A stretch of 63,601 nt of DNA, counting the filler, from Choristocarpus tenellus KU-1152 (Eukaryota; Protista; Phaeophyceae), in NCBI GenBank assembly GCA_964200185.2. It is 12 parts of 12 records of this genome, joined end to end, with 100 filler letters (N's around TTAATTAATTAA, not from the genome) between each part and the next. Parts side by side here need not be neighbours in the genome. Positions count along the whole stretch, not along the records: positions 46,501 to 49,926 come from CAXNAD020020116.1; positions 50,027 to 56,437 come from CAXNAD020008192.1; positions 56,538 to 60,728 come from CAXNAD020015767.1; positions 60,829 to 63,601 come from CAXNAD020024870.1; 8 more parts are not named here. One strand, given 5' to 3'. Shown here in pieces: positions 48,791-61,099 of this stretch. The translations under genes and the position numbers were made by a program. A model generated the notes under the pieces. It did not search any database, had not been told where the DNA came from, and saw nothing but the letters and a program-made list of their open reading frames with translations. Position 1 is the first letter of the stretch. Each line of letters begins with the position of its first letter.

Positions 48791-48817
48791 TGCACCCCTA
48801 GGTCCTTCCCCTCTTGC

Positions 48818-49073
48818 AGCCAAAGTATCTTAGAGGGTAGAGCTGCGTCCATTTGGTGACCAAAATCGATTGTTGCGATTTGGTGTAATTTTGGCTATCG
48901 TGCTTGTTAGGAAGTGTCAATATCCTTATTCCGGAACAACCTTTTCATAACTCATACATTTCCCTACTCCAAAACATTTTGGAGTAGGAAATGTCATGAA
49001 AAGAATCGTGGGAAGCCAAGCACCAAAATGGACAAACAGGGCAAAACTCGTACCCTCTAAGATACTTTCACTC
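48818..49073 (+). mobile_element. MITE family A, complete (terminal G lost)
   Basis: agccaaagtatcttagagggta / taccctctaagatactttcactc; TSD TTGC. Confidence 0.93.
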
Positions 49074-49862
49074 TTGCTCAGTGGCTCCACCACATTCAGG
49101 GCAGTTACCGTGGAGGTTCTGGTTCCTCCCCTGGATAACAGCTTTTATCCTTTTTTCCCTCCTCAACATGGGTACTGCCCTACATCTTATGGGAACGAAA
49201 TGAATTGTTAACCCCCTCCTAAAAAAAAATGGATTTTGCGGACGCAACTCTCCTGGACAACACATACTGTCCCCGCTGGCCTGTGAGAAGGAGTACATAA
49301 TGGAGCCAGTCACAGATGTATGTATGTATCACTTGCTCTTCTGTTAATTTTTGCAGGATGTTGACAAAAAGTCGGTTTTTCAAGATTGCACTCAACATCA
49401 ATGGTAATACTGCTACTAATGTAGCATATACTATGTACTATGACAGATTTTTTTGAACACATCTAAGCATGCTAGTTCCACTTCTTCTGTGTGCTGATAT
49501 TAATTTTTAAATTGAGCCTTGATCCAGCATGGGTTGAAATGTGGAAACACCATGCTCATAACGTTTTATGCAGTAGAGTGTCCAGTTTTACATCCAAGTG
49601 GAACAAGTAAGAGAGAGATGGGCCAAAGACGCCTTCCATATAATGAACTTGTAAATGATATGCAGACTTGTCAGTAGATTTGTTGCACCAAGGAAGATCC
49701 TGCTCATCAACAGGTCCATCAGAAGGCACTACACAACAGTATACAATATTACCAAATTGTCGTGGAATAACAGAAGAGTATCTAGTACCATGACTCGGAA
49801 GAATTTATGACAACATGTAAGTATCTGTATTCCATCTGCTCCAAGATTTTTTCATATACATG

Positions 49863-49926
49863 GGCTCAAAGTATCTGGAGGGGGGAGGGGGGGTCTACAT
49901 CAAGGTGTCCATTCGGGCCCTGACCA
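49863..49926 (-). mobile_element. MITE family B right end at contig end
   Basis: ggctcaaagtatctggagggggg..gggtctacatcaaggtgtccatt. Confidence 0.85.
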
Positions 49927-50026
49927 NNNNNNNNNNNNNNNNNNNNNNNNNNNNNNNNNNNNNNNNNNNNTTAATTAATTAANNNNNNNNNNNNNNNNNN
50001 NNNNNNNNNNNNNNNNNNNNNNNNNN

Positions 50027-50065
50027 AAATGGACAGCCGCCACCCCCTCCCAGATACTTTGAGCC
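50027..50065 (-). mobile_element. MITE family B left end at contig start
   Basis: aaatggacagccgccaccccctcccagatactttgagcc. Confidence 0.85.
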
Positions 50066-50142
50066 TGACGTCTATTTGCCCTTTCTCGGAATCCTAAAAT
50101 TGTAACCCTGCCTGCCTCTCAATTGGAGGAATGACTCGAAAC

Positions 50143-51193
50143 CAATGTTAAAGGGTAGGTGTTTCCTTTCTGTGGGTTCTGCAGCCTGAAACTCAGGGAA
50201 GGTACTCGGGATAGGAACGAATGTATCCTGAAGTCAGGGTCTTGGCCACCAACAAAGGTCACCCCCCCATCTCCTAACTTTGTGTGAATTTTATAATCCC
50301 TCACGAGTCAAAGGGGCGTCCTCTTTTTCCCCTGCCCCCCATAATTTCTGCAAAGTGTTAGTGGCATGTCATAAAAACTAGACTCTGTGCCTCGCACTCC
50401 TGAAATTTCGTAACGGCAAGACGCAACATGGACGAAGGTGTTAACAGCCGTTCAAAGCTGGTTCAACCGGACAACTGTTCGCGGGGAAGAACCCAATTAC
50501 CAAAATCACACATGATGACTAGTCATGCTGGAGGATACCTTCGAAAGGACAGTATATATGCACAGGTTTCACTGGCAATTTCCGTATGAACTGTCTATAT
50601 CTTGAGTTTGGGCATGTTTGCTATGAATAGTGTTCACGTGTGCATTTCAACACAGTAGAGATGCTAAGATCACCTCCACAGGGCGGTGAGTAGTGTTTCG
50701 GATGCTTCGGGTGCTCTGCAGCTATGAAGGTTAACCTCTAGCTGTGACTGAATGGTTGATGTCGCGTTTTCCTCGTCCTTGACATTTCTTGGACAAAAAA
50801 AGGAGAAATGTTCATACTCGAGACTGTAGATTCCGGGATGTCGATGATCAGATATCTCACAAGAGGTTTAATCTAGCGTCTATGAAGAAATAGTCTTTGA
50901 GGTTTCAATTTCGCTCACAAGTCCATGTTGGCTGCGGCTGGGAGGGTTGGTTCCAGTAGTTGTCCAAATTCCATTGTTCTTGGGGCCGTTCGAAATGCAA
51001 ACGCCCTCGTGGAGGGGTTATCCTTCGAAGCATTTGCTGGTTGAGCTATGTGTACATAGTCCTCCTTTCCTGGTCTATCTGAAGGTACATCAGCCCCATA
51101 CTCGATATTTCTTCGTCTTCGAGGAGATACGTGCTTGACCTGGTCACACTTCCCAGGAGGAGGGTGAGCTGTCACAGACGAGGTTGGTGGCAT
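50143..51193 (-). CDS. Hypothetical protein, partial; putative exons 51193-50919, 50594-50539, 50273-50143
   Basis: Three GT-AG-bounded segments join in phase: ..AANMDL-QFIRKLPVKPVHIYCPFEG-DGGVTFVGGQDPDFRIHSFLSRVP. No family recognised. Confidence 0.45.
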
Positions 51194-53624
51194 CCCACCA
51201 CCCACAACTCACGACCTAATCGAACTTCTTGTCTGTCCGACTTCCCAATCTCCAAACCATACGGAGATATCGATTAGTCTACTCAAGGCCTAGGTGTGAC
51301 GACAATTTTCCATCACTTGTGATGTGTTGTCGCCATCACGCGTTGTCGAACCCACACAAAAAAAAACGCATTACGACCACTACTACTATTCTACCATTTA
51401 TATATCATAGTAATTATATACATAGTATTTTAGTGGATTATATGAGCTTATATTTAACCAAAAATCGATAGACAACTTTCAAATTTCGATTAAAAAAAAC
51501 ATGACCAATTCTAATTTTATTTTCGATTTGAAAAGAAATATATGGTTGTTCTTGGTGAGGATGACTGAACTTCTGATCAAACCCAAAAAGGTAGGAGGAG
51601 ATTCTTATTCATCAAGGGTAGAAAGCAGAACACAACCGAAACTAAGGAACATGATTTTGCAGATGTGTCAGGGGGGAAACCAATCAAAACAATATATATG
51701 TCGTTATTAGCCCTGAAGAAATATAATATCCTAAACGTGAGAACACTACAAAACATTGTAAGTGTGGAAACGACTAATCAGTTACTTCACCACTATCAAA
51801 TATTGTACTACTGTCTTCCTTAGCTTCCCATATACCTACTCCTGTGCCCCGCGGGGGGGAGCTAGGGAAGCATTCCAAGAATCCAATTATACTTGGAGAG
51901 GGTGAAGTAGGATATATATATTCGTCATCTGCAATGCAATAAAGCAACTACTGTTACGAACGCAAATTCTTTGAACGCGCTTCTGTGTTGGATTTGTGTA
52001 TTGGAAGGAATGATTTATGTTGTTGAGTGTTTTGATTGCGCCATTTGAAACGAAGGTTAAATTATGTGGTTGGGTGGTGATACGTGTTATCAAACAGATC
52101 TGTAAGTTTGGTCTTTGTCCTTGTGTATGTATGTATATATTTGATATAATCCAAGCAGGAAAAGATAAGTGTAGAAGTGTGGTCGGACTAAGTAAGGGGT
52201 GCAATAACAAAGAATAGGGGCTTCCCCACACCACACTTCAGCTCACTGTAGATTCAGGGAAGTTCTACATGGCGTAAAGGAATGTTATTAGGGCAATGTC
52301 ACCAATAAACTGGAATATGTGTAGTACATCGTAGAGGGCACTCACGCGTTGATTCATTGTAGTGATACTTGAATGACAGTCTGGACATCCAGCACAAATA
52401 CGCTAATCATTTGTTCACACCCTAGGGTTTGAGTTCAATCATGCTATTCTTCGAAGAAAGCACTAATAGAGGGTTGATGCCAGTTCTGTCTAGGGTGTTT
52501 CTACCTGGTGCAGAGACCATCTAGGTCGTCTGGGACGAGACATCGTAATATTGAAGGAAGGGAAATACCCGAGAAGGATGATTGCACGAGTTAGAAGGAG
52601 TTTCTAGTGAAGCTAGCAGCTAGCTCTAGATGGTAGACTTTCCCTAGTTACAACAAATCTGTCTTCTTGTATAGAAGAAGTGCAGGATAAGAGAGAAGGT
52701 TAGTGGAAGAAGCAGTGAATTTGGGGGGTTCATTAATAGTTAAAATGCCATAGTTGAGGGTCTGAAGTCTTTAATTATTCATAGGATGTAATTGTTTGGG
52801 GATAGTTTTACCACGACTTTGAAAAATAGTATATCAGTGACTAATAGCGTCCACACTGATGGACCTAGGCAACAGCAGTGTTTGTTCTAGTATTGTGCCC
52901 ACTAAGTGCCCAATGAGAAAATTTCTGCAAATGAGATGCAGGATGTGTCAAGGGAGGAAAAAGTCAAAGACGAAAACTGCGATATCTTCTTACACAAGAG
53001 TTGTCGTTTCCAAGACACCTCCTTTAAATCTATACTAATATTATACAACAATCTCCCCTGGGAGGGACTTTGTTCCCTACAAACAAACGTTAACACTGCT
53101 ATGCCTCCAACCTAGCCCTTACGAAAGTGGGCGAGGAGCTAGGGAAGAAGAAAAAAAATCTGTGAAGCCCCTTCATCGCCACCGGCCTGGTGTCTTCATC
53201 TTAAAATACATGGCATGCCTCAAAAGGGCTACCAGTCTGTCTGTGCAGGTACAGACAACATCAGTTATAGATCTCGAGGATAGTACTATAAACGTTAATC
53301 AGCAAGTTGGTCCACTAGTACACATTAAAAAAAGGGATTGAAGCATTTGAGATGTGATAATTCGGAGATGAGATTGGTATTTACTAAATATCATACTGAT
53401 ATATGATACGCCTTTATTTCTTTGAACCAAACAGAAATTGTAGTTCCTCACTTTTGCATCTTACAACATTTTTAGTTTATCTCAAAAAAAAAAAGGAAGA
53501 GCAGATACAACAAACAGCAGGTAGGTAAACCAGCATTCACTTCCCGACCTGTTGTACCCGTTCATTGTTGATAATGTAATAATAATACAATGTGGCTATG
53601 CTACTGCTACCACTGCCTACCACT

Positions 53625-53743
53625 AACAGCCGATTTCAAAAATTGAGGATGAAAAAAACATATCGACACTTTATCCCAGTCAATTTTGGGTCAAGCCCAT
53701 CCTCAATGAAAAGCTCCATCCTCAATTTTTGAAATCGGCTGTT
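53625..53743. mobile_element. 119-bp MITE with perfect 27-bp TIRs
   Basis: aacagccgatttcaaaaattgaggatg / catcctcaatttttgaaatcggctgtt; 4-bp TSD CACT. Confidence 0.9.
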
Positions 53744-53945
53744 CACTGCCCCCTTTCGTTGGTATTAACTTCATTTAATAATATATAGAGGTCTCCCCTC
53801 ATTTCACATCATCATACGTGAAACAACCTCCCATGCGACATAATGTAGTAGTAGTAGTAGCAGTAGTAGTGGTAGTAGTAGCAGTGGTAGTAGTAGCAGT
53901 AGTAGCAGTAGCGGTGGTAGTAATAGTAGTAATAGTAGTAGTAGT

Positions 53946-54206
53946 AAGTCAAAGTAAACGAGAGGTACTGAGAGTTGAGTTTGAAGGATGCTGACAAATA
54001 TGAGAAAATTCGTCTATTTTGACAAATGTGAACAGGAAATTTTCTCAGTTGTGTCGAAGATTTTCGAACAGTAATAGGGAAATAAACGTTCTCAAGTCAA
54101 ACTTGGTACTCCATCCAAAAAAATATGGTTGAATTGCGAAATATTAAAGAAACATATGAAAAAGTAATAATGTCAAAATCTGGGTACGTCATGTTTATTT
54201 TTGGTC
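53946..54206. mobile_element. MITE family E copy inserted in a (TAG)n microsatellite
   Basis: aagtcaaagtaaacgagaggtac ... ctgggtacgtcatgtttatttttggtc; the (gta/gtg)n tract continues on both sides (53843-53945, 54207-54267). Confidence 0.7.
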
Positions 54207-54465
54207 AGCAGTAGTATCTAGTAGTAGTAGTAGTGGTGGTGGTGGTGGTGGTAGTGGTAATGGTAGTATCGTTCTAAAGTGTCACTTATCACTTCTTCAT
54301 CACCATACAAATTGAGTATTTTACAACTCCAAGATATATCGTCCAGTTCGTGGACACGACCCTGATCAATACGTACAAGAACGGCTTAACTACATCTGCA
54401 ATTTCGGCAATTTAGGAAAACAATATATTCTTTACGGCTTATACTGACATATTATGTATAGTTTT

Positions 54466-54520
54466 TCAATTGTTTTCCCCCTGACACATCTGCAAAATGT
54501 CAGGGGGCATAATAATATTA
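54466..54520 (+). mobile_element. Isolated CRE-like 3' tail (stem-loop plus AAT)
   Basis: ccccctgaca-catctgcaaaa-tgtcaggggg-cataataat. Similar orphan tails at 5001, 7019(-), 13262, 28337, 28560(-), 28955, 30899, 41429 and 51650(-). Confidence 0.85.
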
Positions 54521-55071
54521 TATACATCTCACCAACATTTCAACTTCTTCCTAAATTAACCATTCGATCCTCATGAGAGGGTAGGTTGGTTTACCTACAT
54601 CTTCAAATTCCCCAACAAGTTACAATCTCACTTACCCTTCAATATTATCCCTTTTCAATCCCTCACTCTCCATACCACATAAACACGTACCTCCTCGGTA
54701 TATTCTACTGTTGTCGTAACCTCTAAAACTTTTGGATGTTGGAGCGGTTTCCCGGAACATTTTTGGTTAATCGAACGGACTATGCATTTCCTAACATAAA
54801 TAGTAATATCAGTAATAGTAGTAATATATTTTACTATTACTATTGTAGAAGTAGGAGTATCTAGTGTAAGGAGGGTTGTGTTCTCCTCTAATTTCAAATT
54901 TAGAAGGGAGTTCTTTTTCTCTGCTTTATAGGATATATTCCAGTTTTCTGTGAGTTGAATATTATTTTCTATTTTGGTGGGTATGTGAACACAAATCACA
55001 CTCTCAATCTGCAACCTGGAACAAACGACGTACCCGTTTTGTTGCAGTGATTGTCTACAACACACACTATA

Positions 55072-55950
55072 ATGGGCTGGATGATTCGGTGTGCGATTGA
55101 GGGGGGGTGGTCTGCAGTTACTCTGGTAGATTCCCTCCTCTTTAGTTTCTTTCTTCCCTTTGGACCGCTGCTGGTTCTTTCTCTTGTTGATCCGGGGAAT
55201 GGTGCAAACTCTGACGGTCGTGATGTTGGTCTTCATCAACAAGACTCGACATGGGTGACCGTCGGAAGAAAATGGGGGCAGGTAAGCATAATAAACTCTT
55301 TGGATCTATCCACTCGACTGTGTATCATCAAATACAATAAGGTCATTTTAAGCTCAGTACCTTCACTTTCATTTGAAGATAACTTCTCTGTTGCGCGCAG
55401 GTGTATGCTGGAGTGTTGGTGGGGCGGGCCTTGGGAAAGGCAATCGGTCCCTCACTTGCTGCACGAGGTCAATCGCTCTTCATTCTGTTGTCTGGTCTAA
55501 CTTTCGCAGCACTCTCACAGCTTTGGATTGGGACGTTGGCAAAGACCCAACTACAGGTAGCTGTTGTCGAGATTTTGCCTGGAAGGTGGTAATTACGACT
55601 CTTTGTTGTGGTCATTGCGCCCGTCCAGGGCTTTCCTATCATCATTAGCAATTCATTGTACCGTTTTGTACCCTCTCCCAGGTCTTGCTGGCTCGTACTG
55701 TTGGTGGTCTCAGCAGCGCTATCATCTTCAGCTCGGCACTGGCTTTCTCTGTCCCATCCCCACGTCGAGGCAGTGGGCCTGGAACAGGTGCTAGCGTTGG
55801 TGGTATGAGTGCGGGTGGTACAACGGCGGCGCCTTTAAGCACTTGGATATCTCGGGCTGAAGCGTTTTGGCATGGTGGTCTCGTCCTGGGGCCGCTGCTT
55901 GGGGGGAGCTTATGGGGAAAAGCCTTCGGGTCTCGCTGGCTGGCGTCTAG
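55072..55950 (+). CDS. Major facilitator superfamily transporter, N-terminal half; exons 55072-55281, 55401-55556, 55682-55950
   Basis: Phase-consistent exons, hydrophobic helices, LLARTVGGLSSA (motif B-like RxxxG) and GLVLGPLLGG (motif C, antiporter type). Confidence 0.75.
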
Positions 55951-56537
55951 GTGACAAGGAGTGGGGTGAATTTTGTTGCATTGAAAAAATATGTCCTTCC
56001 TTATCCTCCCCTTAGTGCATATCATGTTATGAACTATTTCCGGTATCTTGAGGTGACGAGTGGGAAATGTTGATCGCGAAGTAAATCGACTTGAAGGGGC
56101 AGAAGAGCAAGAGACAAGGGAACAATCTAGAAATGCGGAGAATCGATCATACATAGCACAAGGGAAATTGAGTTCTTTTCCCACTCATTGTAATCAAACC
56201 AATTCAAGTCCGCCATTAAGTGCACACCTCAATTCGATTGAGCACATCGAACAATTCCGGGTCGGTTTATGATGCACTTGGTAGATTTTTTTCAACTTCA
56301 CAACGCACATTTCTTTTTCAGCATCTTGGCAAAATCAGAGGTCATGGGTCTGACCTTTTCTCTACAAACAGAGCCCCAGGGGAGGAGGGGGGGGGGGCTG
56401 AACAGAAAGCATGAGGATGGAACAACTACTTCGGGAANNNNNNNNNNNNNNNNNNNNNNNNNNNNNNNNNNNNNNNNNNNNTTAATTAATTAANNNNNNN
56501 NNNNNNNNNNNNNNNNNNNNNNNNNNNNNNNNNNNNN

Positions 56538-59521
56538 CTCAGGGTTGTTTTGCATCCCCTTGCGTAGGCGTTCTATTCCAGCCCAGGCCACCATTACTCC
56601 ATTGTCTGTACATAGACGTGTAGGGGGCACCACAAGCTTCCAAGGCATCGGTCTCTCATCGCACAACGCCTGATGATTGGTGGGTTGAGGGTGTTTGTAC
56701 GTGTTGAAAGAATGAGATGAGTTTTATGATTTAAAATCAACACAAGATATATACACAAAACTTAGGGTTAGGGTTAGAGGATGCTGAAATACAAATGAAA
56801 GGCGACACTTAGTCCACATTTCAATAAATAGAATGCCTCGCAAGTGACATTGAGCCAATCAAATGCTTCTTCTGCTATTGAATATCGAACAATCCACAAT
56901 ACTTTGATCTCTGTCTTGTCCCTTCCCTGAGACACTCGCGAAATGCCAGTGGACTTGATATAATAAACATACGGATACATGGAACAATGAATATAATATA
57001 TGTTTCTTCAAATTGAGTCTTGAGGGATACCAGAACAATTCTGTACCAGGAAATACTATATATATTTTATTATTTCGATTTTTCCATCAGGGTATTCGGG
57101 GCCCTTCATGGACGAGGAGATCTATTCGTCCAGTAAGGAGATCGCTTTTAAAAACTCTAATCTATGCACATACATGTCCTACACAAGCTAACACTATAGA
57201 AGGCTACAGAGTGGTGCTTTGTAGTGCCCTAAACATCACCAAAAGCGGAACCACTCCACAACAACAAATGGAATACATACAAGTACACAACAGCAATAGT
57301 AATAGTAGGACAATACCTAAGGACACAACTATCCCCTCCAAAAGCACCAACTGATGCAATCAGGAACGCACCACATCAATACAAAACCTCGTTTTTGTTT
57401 GCTGCTACATACGCATGCAAACGTCCCTACCTGTCAGTGCACTACAACGATTATTACCAATAGTATTTTGGGTTTTGTAGAGAAGCGAGCAACGCACAAA
57501 GCACACGCCAAACAGATTCCAACATTCCTCACTGCCTAGAGGGTTAGGTTTAGGGTTAGGGTGTTACGCTGCTTGGCCACAGCGAGATAGAGCCGACTAA
57601 TGAATCCAAATGTGCTCACATCAATGCGGAAACCACACATGGCCATGACAAGAACACAAGTCCTGTACCAGGTACCAGGTACCAGGTACCAAGTACCAGG
57701 TACCAAGTACGAAAAATAAAATGAAACAGGCATGAAGTGTGCTCGTACTTTGAACCACACCCGAAGAGCACGAACCAGGGCACCAACTAAAACAACAACA
57801 ATAATAATACAGCTACAAGATACATCACATTAAAAACGCCTACTACGAGAGGTACAAACCCTCCAACAGAACACAGATATGCAAAGTACATGCCACCAAA
57901 AATCACCCCCTAATAATAACCCATCACAAACCCTTGCTCACCTGCAATCGTCTCCGGACCTCCTGATTTGCAGCCACGCCTCCCACCACTGCCAGTGCCA
58001 TAACCCTAGCCCCCTCGCCTTCCTCCCTTTCAACTCCATGATCAACACTCCCCTCCCCACGGGCATCGGTTGACTTCAGGGGAGGAGACGGATACATCTT
58101 CCCCATGGCATCCATGGCCCTCCGGACCCTCTCCTCCAGGTGCCTAATGGCAGTGTGCTGGAAGGAAGCACACAAATCTGCCTTCACTGACTCCGGGAGC
58201 GTCTTACTGACATGACATGACATGACATGGCGACCAGTAAAAGACGTTCTATTGTGATTATGATTACGATTTAACTGTTCTATTGATAGCGAGGTAGGGT
58301 TAGGGATGTAGATTAGAGGCATGCCTAGATCATTGAAAACAACCAAAATAATGACAAACATACAAGTACTAAGATAAAACCAACACCACTCAACACGCAC
58401 AAAAACACTTATTTTTTTTCCATCATCGTTGTTGTTATTTCAACCACTTTCAACAGTACACTATCAGAATTAAAATGTAAACCTGTAAAATGTATTTAAT
58501 TATTTTTTTGCAATTTACCTTCTGCATGTTTAGTATTGATACTGTGTGATACATAGAGCATCCAACCCCACTGCCCCCCAGGACCCGAAAGCTGAAGTGC
58601 AGCAAGCCCTCTCCTCTCAACTCAATATATTCAATCAGCACAAAGCTATACACAAACTAATTCCATTGAAAAACGAAAATGTCAATTTTGACAATTCAGG
58701 GTACGTGTGTCCTGTTGACGACTTACTCCCCACTCTCTTCTACAGTATTACTTCTACTCCAATGTCAAGAGTATAATTATCACCTGAATATAGCCTTAAC
58801 CCTGAAAGCATCATTCTCCTCCTGCACAAGCTAACAACTCCGAAAGCTGGGAAATTTATGCCTACAAACAATAATGATAACCCTAATCATACTATACTAT
58901 ATGCCAATTAAAATACCTAACATATGATAAAGGCTCCTCTCCAGACTAAGGGAGGTGAGTCATTCTAGGGTCGATTACTCCATCATCCCCAGACCCATTC
59001 CCAACACCAAAAATCTCATCATATATATATATATTTGTGTTTGTGCAAAAAGCAACATACACACCTAATGCCACACTAGGTCCACAGGATGCATTGGCCC
59101 TTCAACACCATCACCATCATTTAGTATGATTTTGATTACGATTATAACTATTAAACTTCTAAGAACAATAAAAAAGAAAAACATCCATAGACACAGCCTG
59201 TACAAGAATGACAGATTAGAACAACAGGACCCAATCTCCTCTTCAGCCTTCACATTAATACTACTCTTTCCATTCAGAAGGCAGCCTTCAGACAAGCAGC
59301 CCATATGCCACTCTAGGACAACAAGATACACGCACACTCTTGGAACTCCCTACCCTGCCCTTCCCCTGTCACACTCACCCACCCTCCTCCATACCAGAGG
59401 CTCCCTCCTCCTGTCCGCCCTGCACTCCTTCCCCCCCCCCATACTCTTCCTCGGCTCTTGTAACTGCCAGGCGAAAGGCGTTTTTCAGACCGGCAAAACT
59501 GAAGTCGCAGTCCTTGCGAGC
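56538..59521 (-). CDS. OSGEPL1: tRNA N6-adenosine threonylcarbamoyltransferase, organellar TsaD/Qri7 type, C-terminal part; exons 59521-59379, 58206-57942, 56669-56538
   Basis: [42 protein letters not shown] and [17 protein letters not shown] are TsaD/Kae1/Qri7 signature motifs; splice phases are consistent. Confidence 0.93.
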
Positions 59522-60828
59522 CTGGTGTAGGACCAGTACCAGTACCAGTACCAGTACCAGCGCAAGGTTGGGGCAGAGAGGTTTACATTTGAAATCGGGA
59601 CATAGAATAGGCAGCAGCATCGTGACACTCAGAACCAACTGATTGAGATTATGTTGCCGTGGGATGGTTCTATATTACTATATTTTCAAGCAACATTCTC
59701 AATGTATATATTTCAACAACGCCTGCGATACCTCGGCAGAACCAGTGTGTTCTTCTCGTTGCTGTTTGCGTAGAGATTAAAAAAAAAGAAGAAAGGCATG
59801 TGAATCGCTACAATTCAATAAAAAGCACAAGTATTAAAAAAAAAAATGAGAACTCTATGGGGGCATTTTTCAGGTGTTTTTCGTTGTTGTTGTTGTTGTA
59901 TGAATTCACAACGTTCAATTGGTGGACTGCATCTGCAAGTGTACCTTTTATCTGCAAGTGTACCTCTTCGATTACCAATAGACTACAAACAAAACCCCAA
60001 AACATTCCATCCGACTTAACTCACTCACAACACTCAATAACAGTTCAAGACAAGACAAGACAAGACAATAAATTACGTTCACAAAAAATACCTTGACTTT
60101 TTTTTCTTCACATATTTTTTTCCCCTCCCCTCCCCTCCCTGAAACGAAACACACTTTCCAATCAAAATCTGCATTGATCCATGCTCCCCCCCCCGGTCCC
60201 TTTTTTATTTTTATTTTGTTCTGTACTGTACACTCAAATCGACGCAGCTGCTGCATGCTCTTTCCAAACTATTAAAAAAAAGAGAGTGAAAGATTGAATG
60301 CCATATATATTTACTGACTACCCCACGGGTCTTGTAATGCTGTTGGTATTACCATTGCCAGCCAGTCTTCAAGGTCCTACACACGGGGTTACAGTCTCAC
60401 TGCTCTTCAATTGTTTTCTCACCACAGTAGACTGTCCAACTCTAACCCTAACCCTAACCCCAATGGTATATGTAACTGTCAGATATATTGACACGATCAA
60501 AACCAGTTTCGAAGGGAATTTTTTGATTGATACGGTTCTTAAAAAAATAAAATGTACAAAAAAAATGACAAAAAGAGAAGTGTTTCTAGTTCTGATTCGC
60601 TGGTACAGTGGGAAGGGTTGTATGTATCTTCTTGATGATCTTAATTTTTTTTTACCAACAGTCTATTCTTAATTGTATATTGGGTGTTGTACAATTGGTG
60701 CCCTTATCATCCAGTCTGAACCCCCCCCNNNNNNNNNNNNNNNNNNNNNNNNNNNNNNNNNNNNNNNNNNNNTTAATTAATTAANNNNNNNNNNNNNNNN
60801 NNNNNNNNNNNNNNNNNNNNNNNNNNNN

Positions 60829-60874
60829 TGACCCCTAAATGGACGCGGCTCTACCCTCTAAGATACTTTGGCTC
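60829..60874 (-). mobile_element. MITE family A left end at contig start
   Basis: aaatggacgcggctctaccctctaagatactttggctc. Confidence 0.88.
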
Positions 60875-61099
60875 ATAACGCCAGCATACGATTCGCGGAC
60901 AATGAAACAAAGAAGTACGTAGTTGCCAGGAGGAAAGAGCAAGCGACACAAAAGGAAGTAGAAGGTACGAATGACATGAAACAACATGGGGAAAGTGAAA
61001 AAGGAATACACATGACCTAATCCGCATCTCCTGAACGGTCGCACAATATTCGATTGGCGCACGGACGGAATGATAGCGGCCACCCGGATCGCATCGGTC

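Noticed and set aside
49863-50065. One family B MITE spanning the linker, implying the contigs are adjacent
   Set aside because: Orientation fits, but the flanks (catg/tgac) share only 2 nt, so adjacency is unsupported.
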